A DNA stretch of 64,000 nt from Macrostomum lignano (GCA_002269645.1 NIVC01002146.1:124001-188000), one strand, 5' to 3'; shown: positions 1-11,212, counted from the stretch's first letter. Notes: generated from the sequence alone by a model not told the origin. Numbers and translations: made by a program.

Positions 1-1168
1 TTATTTGTCTTTTATGCATTATTTTGTATTTTGTCGAATTATTTTATTATTATTTGTATTTATTTACTAATAGTATTTACTAAAAAGTAAAAATGATAGA
101 AAATAGAATTTGTGGTCTTAAAGGAAGACTTAAAATATTTTGCATAGAAATTTCAGTAAAAATCAATTTAAAACATTTTCGTAAACTAAAATCAGACACA
201 CTCTCTTTGTATTCACTCACCTTAGCCTTTACTGCATCATTTAAAGTTACTTTAATGTTTTGAAATCGAATAGCGTAACCTCGAAGATTCTGATTATCTT
301 GCGCAATATTTTGTTCACTTGGGGGGACATTATAGTTGAGTTTTACTATATCTTCCCACTTCGTCATTTTGATGCCGTTTTTGGCGCTTCTCAACTGTGA
401 TTTTCGCGCCAAGTAGCATCGCCAAAATGCTATCCCGTAACAAATTTAAATTCTTGGATTCCAGTATAAATATTGACTTAATAAAACAAAAAATATCTTT
501 GTGAAATTTTAGCGCATGATTCTTTAGAAAGGCGCTAATCTTATTAGTAGCATTTATATTCTACGTTTTAATTTTAATTCTAGTATTTAAAATTTAGACG
601 TAATTTGGACTTTTCGTAAAGAATAGTATATAGTTAAGCACCAAAATTAACTTTCAGGACCACCTAAAATCTGATTATACCTAAATAGTATTAGTAGGTA
701 GCCACCTGAAATATTAGCTAAATGCATTATTCGGGTATTTATGGTCGAAAGCAGCTCAATTAAGTTTTTCTAATATAGGCCTGATTTAGAATTGCAGATT
801 TATGTGCAAATTTTACTTCTACACGTATTTATTTAAATGAAAGAGACTTTTTGCGCAAGGTGGTGCGGTCAGGTTTTCTGAAAGAATTTTGAATTTCAAT
901 AGGGAATCAGACACTATGTTCACCCTTAGCTGCGCCAACGGTTGAGAGATCTAAAGTACATGTAAAGATATTTACATGCAGATCGGAAGTTGAGGTTGCA
1001 AATTTTTCTGAAAACATCCTCTTTTTGGTGTACCATTTTGATCTTTGAGAGCATTATTTGTAGTATATAAACTTTCAGATTTAGTCTTAGCCTGTACTTG
1101 CTAATAATGTATTGTATATTTTTAATTTTTGAAATTGTGCAGTTTACTCGTACTTGGATTGTACAGTA

Positions 1169-1375
1169 GCATGCAATGGTGGGCTCAGCACGCCTGTGTA
1201 GTATGAGACAGACCAGGCTTACGAGCTAAGGTCTGCGATCCTACAAACTTGCACTCCCTCTATTCTGGTGCAGGAATGGCAGGAGAGCTCTCTCCAAGCT
1301 GACTCACAAGCCGACCCGGGGTTCACGTCCCGCATGTGTTCAAAGCAGCTCTTGGGCTGCTGGACTTATCGGGCT
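1169..1375 (+). ncRNA. Candidate HDV-like (CPEB3-type) self-cleaving ribozyme at LINE 5' end, possibly degenerate
   Basis: P1 GCATGC (1169-74) pairs with GCATGT (1332-37), G1.U wobble. P3 GGG/CCC closes L3 TTCACGT (1322-28), followed by GT after P1'. P4 GCAGC/GCTGC (1345-60). Putative catalytic C1365. P2 imperfect (CCCG/CGGG). G1 sits next to the TSD-defined element end. Confidence 0.6.
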
Positions 1376-1683
1376 CCGGCGGCGGCAACCCATCCGTGGC
1401 CAGCTGGCCAATTTGGGTAGCTACAGGCCCCGCCCGGAAGTGAACCTGTGCGTATCAGGTACCCCTGGCCACGGCTCTGAGGAACAGGTATCACCCGCTG
1501 ACCTTAACCGGGTATGCTGCCAGTCCGCAGCCATCCCCGGTCGCTACCTCTTGGCCTGGCAGTGTTGGGTTTGGGGTTACGGCCCAGCGGCTTCTCACCT
1601 CTAGTCCCCATTCGCCTTTTACCGACGCATGGAGTATTTATTTACCTCCGACATGTCCAAGGCTGCTGGAGCACCAACCGAGG

Positions 1684-2930
1684 TTGGTACCGCGGTCCAG
1701 CCAGACATTCGCAACACCGGAACCCCCGGTGCCTCTCAGTCAGCCCCTGTCGCCGCTCAGGACAATGCCTGAGTGGCTGGACAACAGGACAGCGGACCTC
1801 AGACTTCTAAAAAGAAGGCCCGTAGCATTGCTCGCTACAAAGCCTTTCTCCAGCGCAAAGCGGAGGAACGGAGGAGCGCGAAAGCTGCCCCTCCAGCCGC
1901 CTCCGAGGAGGGTGCCGGTAACTCTGCAAATCCCGCGGTGGAGCCGACATCCGACAAGGGGGTGGACCTCGCGCGCCGGTCAGAAGCTATGGCCAAGAGG
2001 CAGCCGGCCCTGGTTATCCAAGGCCAGGAGACGCCTCTTACGGCGGAACAGCTCGACTTAATCTGGCGCAGGTTGGACTTCCACCTGGTCAAGATGGCCT
2101 TGAGCGGTACCGCTATTTAAGTCCAAAAGACGAAAGTCGAGGACCAAGCCCTCTATATCCAGCCCGCCGACAGCCAGTCAGGGCAAAAGCTCCTAGAGAT
2201 GCTGAAAGCCTTCGACTGGGGTACGGAGCTGGAAAACCTGTTTATCGACAGGGAGGACGAGCGACTGGATTCCGGCTCGTAGCTCCATCACCAAGGCCGA
2301 CGAGCTGCGTCGCCTGCTAGTGGCTACCAACCCGGAGCTACCGGCCAATGACGTCGTAGTTCAAGCCGGGCGGAGATGGTTTCAGGGCTATTCTTGGACT
2401 GTCAGATAGCTGGATGCTCCGCTATCCGGACATGTGCCTCATCTCTGTCGGGCTGATACAGATTCAGCTCTTTAGCTTTGAGTCTGACGCCACCCGTCCA
2501 CCGCCCCCGGAGAAGCGTAAGCGGGCAAGCGGGGCCTCTGCCGGGTGAAAACGCCCAGGAAAAGAAGCTCCCGTTCATCATGACCCCTCCGAGGACGTGG
2601 ACCCTGTCAGAGGGAAAGCCTCGAAAGCTGCAACAACAGGCGGACGTGGAAAGGGCCGGAAACCCGCCCGGAACACTATCCGCTCTGGTCTGACTCAGCG
2701 CGCGAAGCAGCTGCTGGATACCGCCAAGCCAACAACCGCAGCAACCCCCAGCCCAGTGTCACCATTGCGGCCCCCCGGAAAACCGGGCCGAGAGCGAGAA
2801 TACCGCCCAGGTGGCGGCCCCGCCCTCGACCATGGAGACCATCTGGGAGGAGCCCATGGAACTGAAGCCTAGAGATATCATCGAGGTAGAAGAGACAGCT
2901 CTCCTGCACAACTCGCCTTGAGCCGGCAGG
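1684..2930 (+). pseudogene. LINE ORF1 (gag-like) relic, broken by stops and frameshifts
   Basis: Chain of short overlapping + strand ORFs (1684-2061, 1773-2120, 2478-2693, 2597-2872) between the 5' UTR and the APE start. Assignment is positional. Confidence 0.5.
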
Positions 2931-2948
2931 AAGCTGCGCGGACCACTC

Positions 2949-3161
2949 GTGGAAATCCCTGGAGTGGACATCCTGCAGCTAAACCTACACCACTGCATCG
3001 CGGCCTCGACCAACCTGATGCGGGTGGCAAACTTTGTGAAACCGGGCATTATCCTACTCCAGGAGCCCTGGACAAAGAAAGGTAAGATTCTGAATATTCC
3101 TGCTGGTTTTGGCTGTTTTCAGGACCCCCAAAACCTCAGAGCAGCCATGTTCGTGTCTACC
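2949..3161 (+). pseudogene. LINE ORF2 N-terminal APE endonuclease fragment
   Basis: VDILQLNLHHCIAASTNL...GIILLQEPW is a typical R1/LOA APE motif I-II. Similarity stops at TGTTGT (3162). Confidence 0.8.
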
Positions 3162-4350
3162 TGTTGTATCCCTGCAGCCCCCGGCCCGGCAGTAGGGTGG
3201 TCCTACAGGGTACAGTATCGAGTACAAGCGGGTCCTTGCTTAGCCTGCGCGCGGGCGCTAGGGCGAGCACTTCCCCTGACAGTCTGGGGCGTCAGGACGC
3301 ACCCACGCAGCCTTCCCACGCGTCGGAACGCAGTGGTGCGGGCCGCCTTCAGCGAGGCGTCGGGACGCACTGGCTGGTGTAAAGGCGTAGGTACGTACGG
3401 TAGGTACCCTTCTGACGTCTCCCTCTAATCGAGCTGAGTCGTCGTCAGGACACACGGACTTTCTGTCCCCCCTTAGGCAACCGAAAGAAGGAAGGCAGAA
3501 TGCGCACTTACTCAGCTGGCGGCGGTCGCTCAGGGCCGGTGCAAGTAGGTGGCCTTTCGGATATATTTCTTTTCAGGTCGTACAATCGTAACTTTGGTGG
3601 CTGTATAGCGCTGACGGAATGCAGAGTTCTAAGAGAGGGGGATAGCCGAGCCGCGCACCGCTCCAACCCGCCGCGAGCGATGCTAAATAGCACACGCCCG
3701 CGGAGAGGGGAGGGCCACGCACTCTACCCCACTACCCCACCAACCCCCCAGCCAACCCCCCCCCCCCGGGGACGGCAGCACCAAGCCCGCTGCCGGCTCA
3801 GCCAATCACTACACGCCTGGGCTGGCCGCGACCAATCGCCACGCGGGGCGAGCGAACAAAAACCAAAAAACCAAACCGACTTAAGCCTCTGGCTCCCGCA
3901 AGGGGGGGGGTAATAACAAAAAATAATGCAGGCAAACAGTTGAGGGGTGACTCAGCCCGCTGGGAGGCTAGGTGCACTGACACTGTAAAAGTGCACAGCA
4001 CAACACCCCGCCTCCCAACAAAAGGAAGAAGCTCATACGAGCGAGTAACGCAGATTACAGAAACGCATGACAACGAATGACAACACAGCTGCACAATCTG
4101 TACCGCACTTGGGCGACGGATTCAAAGCCTGCCTGCCCTACATGACTGACAACACGCGTACATGAAATTATGGGGTTGAACACGAAATAAAACAAACAGA
4201 TGAACCAATGATGACAAAAGGAATTAGCGTTTGATGCCGCAAAAATTCGACCATTGACGACGCAAAAACCCTTGACTGCTAATGACGCAAAAAATTTATG
4301 GAATTCCGACACCAATGATTTAACGATGAACGACGCAACAGGGTTTAATG
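3162..4350 (-). mobile_element. LTR-like segment (right boundary uncertain: 4059 or 4350)
   Basis: Begins TGTTG at the LINE breakpoint, with candidate ends ATTACA (4059) or CAACA (4350). Minus strand has two CCAAT boxes (~3800, ~3832), a TATTTA (~3685) and a GTAAGT donor (~3510). No TSD, PBS or PPT found. Confidence 0.45.
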
Positions 4351-4593
4351 ATAAAGGATCAGAGCTAGTCACCGTTCCCCACCGCACCGTCCCTCTGCAC
4401 ATCCTTACCGGCTGCCCTTTCTCGTCCCTGCGCCGTTGACTCTTGATACCTGGCCTGGGTCCGGGGTTCCGGCGCTGGCGTCGGCGTCACCAGATTTAAG
4501 CGCCCGGTGACCGCTTGGCGTCCGCTGGAATCCGCTTCGCCTGGGACCACCAGCTCAGTGGAGGACGCCGCTGCTGCTCACCCGGCCGCCGCT

Positions 4594-5738
4594 ATGGCTG
4601 CCCACGCTGGACGACCAGGTGCCCGCCAACCGTGCGCCTCCCGCCTCTAGTCTACCGGCAAGACCTCGATCAAGCGGCGGACGCGGCGGAAGTCAGGAAG
4701 GCATACCGAAGACTGGCCCTGCTGTACCATCCCGACAAACATCCGAACCGGCCATACGCGGAGGAGAAGTGCAAAGCCCTCAACACGGCCGACGCGATTC
4801 TAAAATGTCCGTACCGACGGTGGCTGTACGACCTGTTCGGTGAGGATTCCGTATCCTTCAGTGGTGCGGTGGATTTGGTTAGACGGGTGTTCTCGCCGCC
4901 GGGAATCCAGGTACCGGAAGACATCGCTGAGGCTCTGAGGTTGGACGAAGAGATGGAGAGCGAGCCGGAAGGAAGCGAAAGTGAATCGGCCAACGGTGAT
5001 GGGTGCCGACCGCATGACTGGGAGTCGGAGGAACAGGAGTTTCGCGAGCAGTGCGAGCAGGCGTACACACCGGAGACAGCTCCAGAATGCGACTACGTCT
5101 GGATCAGCGACGATGAAGAGGAGCGTGACAGCGAGATGGAGTCGGAGTTGGAAGACATACCGGACGTCCTGGCGTGGAAGCTGGTGTTGGCAGGGCGACA
5201 AGTGGTAGAGCCGGAATGATTGGTGTTGCCAACGTCTGTAGAGTTTGGGGAGCTGTGGAGTAAGCTGAGAGAAGCTCTGCTAGCTGGCGAAGAGGCGGAG
5301 ATTCTGCAGGCGATGAGGCATCTGTGGGAGATGTTCGTAGCGCGAGGGGAAGAGCCCCGAAGATACGTCACGGCCGCGCTGGTTCAGGTGCTGAAGTTCT
5401 TGCGGTGTGATCTGTCGGTAACGTGCTCAAAGGGCCGCGGTCGACGCCGGGGTTGGAAGGTGGAGCGGTTGAGAAAGGCGGTGAGAGCGGTGAACGCGGT
5501 GGTTGAGCAGTACGATCTGCTGCAAGCCGGTCACGTGAGGAGGCTGTTGGGTCCATCTGTCGGAGAGGCCTTTGTTCTCAGCATCCCAGGAACTAGGGTC
5601 CCCTTCATCACCGTCTGGAGCATCGGCGGCGACCGTCGGGACCTTCAACAAAAGAACCCGATCGGCATCGCAGAGACGGCTGCGTTCCCAAAACTGAAAT
5701 GGAAGAATCCTCTTCTGCATGCAGCATTCAGTCAGTAG
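4594..5738 (+). pseudogene. DnaJ/Hsp40 J-domain + acidic linker + helical domain ORF embedded in mobile DNA; one in-frame TGA (5217-5219), 3' end overwritten by inverted repeat
   Basis: EVRKAYRRLALLYHPDKHP...AEEKCKALNTADAILKCPYRRWLYDLFGED with intact HPD. ORFs 4515-5219 and 5220-5738 are in the same frame. No introns seen. The start codon is uncertain. Confidence 0.8.
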
Positions 5739-6994
5739 ACACAATCGGTGAATGAAATGGACGACGGCGACCCTCTAGGTTGACCTGTAGACATCCAAGC
5801 GACCTTCGGGACCTTCAACGGAGTGCCACCACGCGGCCCCGACTAGCTGGCACCCCCAACATCGTGATTTTTCTATCAAGGCACCAAATCAGGCATGTCT
5901 GCATATTATACTAGGATCTGAACACCGACACATAGACACAAAAGCGGAGTCAATTGTCACTATTTAATTTGGTGCACAACGTGGGCAGTAATGGTGACTC
6001 ACTGTCTCTTCAATCGCAGTGTGTCTTCGGCAAATTCCTTCGTCACACATGCAACACTTCCTTGTTGTCGCACTCAAAGCACGCTTCTCATCCTTTGACT
6101 TTTGTCTCGCGCATGTTGCACAGCGCTTTCTGCCACCAACTGACACCACAGCCGCCGCTTCGCGTGCCTGTTCCTTCATTTGCTCGTCGTTGATTCGACA
6201 ACCTGCGAGCTGGAACATCAGCCTGTGATGATTGGACAGATTTTGAAGAAGAGCGGCCGATTGCGAGCGCTCCTTGATCAGAGGTTGCAGAAGTTGCGCA
6301 GCTGCCTTGCGCTGGAACTCGTTGCGATAGTTCGGCGAGGCGCAGAGCTCCGGGTGCGCCAGTCTCCAGATAGCAGCGGCATTCACAGCTGCTATGTTGA
6401 GCATGCCGCCGGAGAAGATTGCCTTCTCACATGAGTCGGACTTTTGCTTGCAGTCGGATGTGCGGAACATCTTGTTGCAGGTGTCCGTGCCACTCTTGGT
6501 AGAATTGTAGTACGAGCCTGTTGCTACAGGCTTGCCATTGGGAAGCAATTGTCTGTCGTGATGCATAGTGGACAGCAACATCACGTTTCGGCCCGCTTTG
6601 GGCCAGTTAAATCTGTAACTCTCCAATTTAACACGGTGCAAAAGCATAGCATAATATGCAGACATGCCTGGTTTGGTGCCTTGATAGAAAAATCACGATG
6701 TTGGGGGTGCCAGCTAGTCGGGGCCGCGTGGTGGCACTCCGTTGAAGGTCCCGAAGGTCGCTTGGATGTCTACAGGCCAGCCTAGAGGGTCGCCGTCGTC
6801 CATTTCATTCACCGATTATGTCTACTGACTGAATGCTGCATGCAGAAGAGGATTCTTCCATTTCAGTTTTGGGAACGCAGCCGTCTCTGCGATGCCGATC
6901 GGGTTCTTTTGTTGAAGGTCCCGACGGTCGCCGCCGATGCTCCAGACGGTGATGAAGGGGACCCTAGTGCCTGGGATGCTGAAAACAAAGGCCT
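5566..6994. repeat. 344-bp inverted repeat (arms 5566-5909 and 6651-6994, about 6 mismatches) around a 741-bp loop
   Basis: Direct base-by-base comparison. Minus ORF 6822-7160 and plus ORF 5220-5738 share a near-identical 56-aa C-terminus. Confidence 0.97.
5964..6665 (-). pseudogene. piggyBac-family transposase C-terminal fragment
   Basis: RNVMLLSTMHH, KPV...YYNSTKSGTDTCNKM, MLNIAAVNA, and a C-terminal Cys-rich domain (RKRCATC...CCMCDEGICRRH...CPRC). Confidence 0.9.
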
Positions 6995-7241
6995 TTACGA
7001 TTGATATGCATAGTTTCCTGAGCCGACGTGGTTTCATGATGAAATTTTGTGAACAGAAAAAATTTGCCAATGTTGGTGGTTTTTGCCATCGGTCACCCCG
7101 AGGAGAATCGTTGAATATCTCGACGATGCCGATTTTTCGTGATTCTCGGAGTTGCTTCATCGAATAGAGCGGAAAATTTTAGCCCGTGTTCTGGATTTTG
7201 ATGGCGATTGGTTGAATATTTTCGGAGATTCAGACAAAAGT

Positions 7242-7928
7242 CCACGCCCTTGAGCGCACCACCACCTGCTCGCGTACAGTCCTCGACTGCATGGGGCAGC
7301 TCAATCGCTTAGGCGCCTCTAACAAGGTGTGACTAAGGTGGATCCCCGGGCACTCGGGCACTCGGCAACGAGCTGGCCGATCGCCTGGCCAAGGCTGGCT
7401 CGACCGTTTCTTTTACTGGTCCCCTGCCCGTGGCCCCCACCCCCATCGCCGTTGTCACCACTCGGATCAACCAGTGGGTGGCTTCTAAGCACAGGGAGAG
7501 GTGGGCTAACGCCCCCGACTGCCGGCAATCCCGCGCGGCTGTCCCCTGTCCTTCCTCCGCCCTGCACAGGGTCCTGCTTGGACTCAACCGCAGGACCTCT
7601 CGGGTCATGGCTGTTTTGCCAGGCATCGTCACCTCCAGGGAAAAATCCGCAGTGAGGAATGCCCTTTCTGCCTCTCCGGTGTCGAGAATGCGGAGCACTT
7701 CATCTGTGAATGCCCCGTCTTTACTCAGGACAGGCTCACCTACCTCGGCCCTCGGATGTTTTCAGGCCCGAGAATCTCTGCCAGCTCGTCCGCTACCTAA
7801 GGGCTACCGGGCAAGCGCCCATCCACCTCCTGGACTCTCCGGAGGGGGACCGCGCTGCGGACACCGGCACCACCGGAACTCCCTGCGCGACACCGCAGCA
7901 CCAGCTGCCCGTGGTAGCCAGGGGTTAG
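7242..7928 (+). pseudogene. LINE ORF2 C-terminus: RNase H second half and Cys/His domain, frameshifted
   Basis: [50 protein letters not shown]...DCRQSR...[26 protein letters not shown]. Confidence 0.8.
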
Positions 7929-8883
7929 CGAAATGGGCGGCAACGCCTCCTGGCTGTTTCCGGACGCACGGAGCCCCCTGCAGCTAAGTCAAGTAAGTCA
8001 AGTGGATGTACAGTGCATGTAAATGTATGTGCAACATACGTGTAAGTGCATGCAATAAAATTTTGTGTTATATTTACATGCAGAAGAAGCAGAATTGGGT
8101 ACAAACAGTGGAACTAAAATAGCACTTCGTGATCATTTTGTTGTCCTTTTAGCCATAGAATATTTTCGCGTGGAATGTCAAAAGTAATTCGCGCAGCAAC
8201 AATAAATGCAGTATTAATTTTTTTCAATAGCTTTCTTATATTTTTGCGGAAAATTTGAACTACGCTCGTAAAACAAAGAAAAAACATGTCAACGCATCTT
8301 GTCTTCCTGTTTTTTGCCACTTGTCTCTTCACGCTGAATTCGCTTGGCAACTGTTGCAAGAAAAGTGAGTCTTTTATTCTTGAAGGCTTTATACTCGTAT
8401 TTCGCTATTAAAAGCGATCGTGTACTTTCCGGTTGCGGCAATCTTTCGTTCGGAATCGAAGTACATGTAGTATAGTATAGGTGTACTGGTACATATGTTA
8501 TAATTTTTAATTACATGTAATTAACAAATTCATTATCGAGAGCTACAATGCACTCATAAAAATATATTGAAATTCTTTGGCAGTATTTCTAGAAACGCTA
8601 TTCGTTTTTCAGATGCAGACAAGAAATTGATATGCATCTTGCATTGTTAAAACTTTTAAGGTGCTCCTTCTGAAAAATAGTAGGCGATGACTTAGAGCAA
8701 GCTCAGCGATTTAACGAAAGAACCCTCGAGTCGACTCCATGTGGATAATTGTCCCGGAGTTGTCCTGCGATCCGCACCCATGAGGGACAACCCCGAAGGC
8801 GCAGAGAGTGTACATGCCTGAGGATTAGACAGTCAGGGCTGCTGTACAGCGCGCTTGTACGTGTTTAGGGAGCCAGCGGAATA

Positions 8884-9356
8884 ATGAGCAGAATTGCTCT
8901 ATCGCTGGTTGTGTGACCTTGTCGCCGTAGGCGTTGCGCTAGGGCGCCCGCAGCCCTCCCCCTCCCCAATTATCACTATTATATTATTAAGGAGTCTCGC
9001 ACTAAATCCATGCGCGGTCTTTTACAACCGAACCGGCAGGCGACGAAGACAGAGAAAAGAACTACAAGTTCACCTACAAAGGCTGCTACATCGACCGAGA
9101 GGACGATCGCGACTTGGAAAAATTCCTCGGCGCGTCGCGCATGATGAGCCGGCGCGAGTGCACGGAGCGGTGCAAGCCGGAGAAGACGGCCTACATCGGC
9201 CTGCAGGCGGGGGACAGCTGCTACTGCGGCAACAACTACGGCAAGCACGGCAAGGCCGACGATTCCTATTGCTTCACCACCTGCAAGGGCCACCCGGGAG
9301 AGTTCTGCGGCGGCAAGCCCTACAATTCCGTGTACACTCTGGGCAAGGAAGTTTAA
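8884..9356 (+). CDS. Secreted WSC-domain protein (5' part frameshifted or spliced; possibly pseudogene or sequencing indel)
   Basis: Frame from 9060: YKGCYIDREDDRDL...MSRRECTERC...YIGLQAGDSCYCGN...CFTTCKGHPGEFCGG..NSVY, the full WSC Cys pattern. Signal-peptide-like MSRIALSLVV / LVAVGVALG is split across two frames near 8915. Confidence 0.75.
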
Positions 9357-10294
9357 TTAAAAACGATAATTTAATTTTTTACGGACACTTCTTTTTTTCA
9401 AAACTATAGCGATAGGAAAGTTTTTTAAACAGGAAAAATACACACTAGTGAGGGCTGTGCCAACCAGTATTTTTTTTACAGTTAGAACTATATTTGCTTA
9501 GTATTTGCAAAGTCGTAACCAGTTCTTAACTTTCTGACTTCACTCTTTAATAACCTGGTTAAATTAACTAGCACAGTTAGAATTATAAATTTGTTGTTTG
9601 AAACTTAATTAAAAAAGCATTATACTATCAATTTAGAAGGATATGTCAAGGTGAACCCAAATTGATAACAATGTAAAGTGATTACATTGTAAGCTAGGAC
9701 AGCAGGCATAAAGTCCTATATGGATTGCTTCTGGGCAGTATTGCAAGATTGCGTACTCGAATTTAACCTGAACCTCACGTCGATGCTAGACAGACAGGCA
9801 GGCAGAAAGGCAGGCTTGCGACTCGAACGCTGTAGTCTAGGCTAGGCTAGGCTCTCCGTATTTGACTCAACAAGATCTCGCTGTACATGCAGCTCTCGAC
9901 TTCCATGTTGGGATGCATGTGTGAATTGAAATTGATATGAAGGTTTCTAGGCTGGACTCTATCTAGGATGGAAGCAAGTTTGCTCTGGACACTGTTGCAA
10001 ACTTGCAACTCAGAGAGACTGTATTAGAGCATGAGCTAAATGTATCTATCAGCGTTCAATCTAACATAATCACTAGTTTCATGCTGGAAAATGCGAATTG
10101 CCTTTCTCTGTAATGTTTTATTCCTCTTTTTACGTATTTTTACGCAAGCCGAATTAAAATTTGTCAAAGCCCTGTGTCCCGTCTTTTTCTCTTGGTGGAT
10201 CTTAGCATGAGTTTATTGGGTTGTAGCCTAGTGGTTAGAGCGTCAGACTCACGAATTGAAGGTCGGGGGTTCGATTCCAGCTCCCACTGGAACA

Positions 10295-11212
10295 GGGAGT
10301 ACGACGTTTGCTTGCGGGAAGTTTACTTGCCAAGCTTTTTTTGCGGAATTTTGCTTGCCGAACTTTGCTTGCCGAACTTTGCTAGCCAAACTTCTTTGCT
10401 AGCCAAACTTCTTTGCTAGCCAAACTTCTTTGCTAGCCAAACTTCTTTGCTAGCCAAACTTCTTTGCTAGCCAAACTTTGCTTGCCGAACTTTGCTTGCC
10501 GAACTTTGCTTGCCAAACTTTGCTTGCCGAACTTTGCTTGCCGAACTTTGCTTGCCGAACTTTGCTTGCCGAACTTTGCTTGCCGAACTTTGCTTGCCGA
10601 ACTTTGCTTGCCGAACTTTGCTTGCCAAACTTTGCTTGCCGAACTTTGCTTGCCGAACTTTGCTTGCCGAACTTTGCTTGCCAAACTTTGCTTGCCGAAC
10701 TTTGCTTGCCGAACTTTGCTTGCCGAACTTTGCTTGCCGAACTTTGCTTGCCGAATTTTGCTTGCCGAACTTTGCTTGCAGGAAATTTGCTTGCAGGAAA
10801 TTTGCTTGCCGAAGTTTGCTTGCGGATTTTGATGTCTGCTTCCTAGAAATTCGCAATCAAAACTGTAAGGTTTTAACTTTCCGAATTATTTTCTTGTTTG
10901 CTTGCTTGTTTTGATTGCTTGTAAAGTTGGTCAGTCAAATATGAATTACTACAGTCTACAGATGCTTTGCAAGTGGATTCTTATCAGCGTCGACCTAAAC
11001 TGACTTGACATTAAGCTTTCAAACTAGGCTTATAGAGTTCGTTCTAAGTATTTATTTATTTAGTATATAGAATGATTAGAGATTTAGTATAGGTAGATTG
11101 GGATCGGTAACAGTATAGATCTTTGTAGTTCCTGATTTCCGCGAGAAAACCTTGGCTGGCAAACCTCGGCAACTCGGCGAGCAAACTTCCCGCAAGCAAA
11201 TTTCATAGACCC
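10295..11212. mobile_element. Non-autonomous TIR element (Mutator-like MITE) with 9-bp TSD
   Basis: TSD ACTGGAACA at 10286-10294 and 11213-11221. Both ends start GGG and share the inverted subterminal TTTGCTTGCGGGAAGTTT. Confidence 0.85.
10340..10830. repeat. Tandem 17-bp (GCTAGCCAAACTTCTTT) then 14-bp (AACTTTGCTTGCCG) arrays inside the MITE
   Basis: Directly visible; explains the repetitive ORFs at 10433-10914. Confidence 0.95.

Larger units (their letters stand above)
1168..8002 (+). mobile_element. Non-LTR retrotransposon (LOA/R1-like: APE endonuclease, RNase H, C-terminal Cys/His motif), internally deleted and interrupted
   Basis: APE start ILQLNLHHC...LLQEPW (2949+). RNase H tail [20 protein letters not shown] (~7330-7400). 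[11 protein letters not shown] motif (~7685). 3' short repeat TAAGTCAAGTAAGTCAAG. Near-identical flanks TGGATTGTACAGT (1155-1167) and TGGATGTACAGT (8003-8014) behave as a TSD. Confidence 0.8.

Noticed and set aside
3420-3470. Hammerhead ribozyme cores (CTGANGA) here and at ~46020 and ~58770 on the minus strand
   Set aside because: No stem II immediately followed by GAAA in the required geometry.
4650-5220. Polyomavirus/adomavirus T-antigen (J domain + LxCxE + acidic patch)
   Set aside because: The J domain looks host DNAJB-like, there is no LxCxE, and no origin-binding or SF3 helicase sequence follows.
5566-6994. Intact piggyBac transposon with 344-bp TIRs
   Set aside because: Arms lack TTAA flanks and CCC/GGG termini, and only a deleted transposase fragment lies between them; an inverted duplication fits better.
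10218-10294. tRNA gene
   Set aside because: A and B boxes are present, but the anticodon and acceptor stems do not pair well and the sequence continues into a SINE body after the MITE; it is a SINE head.
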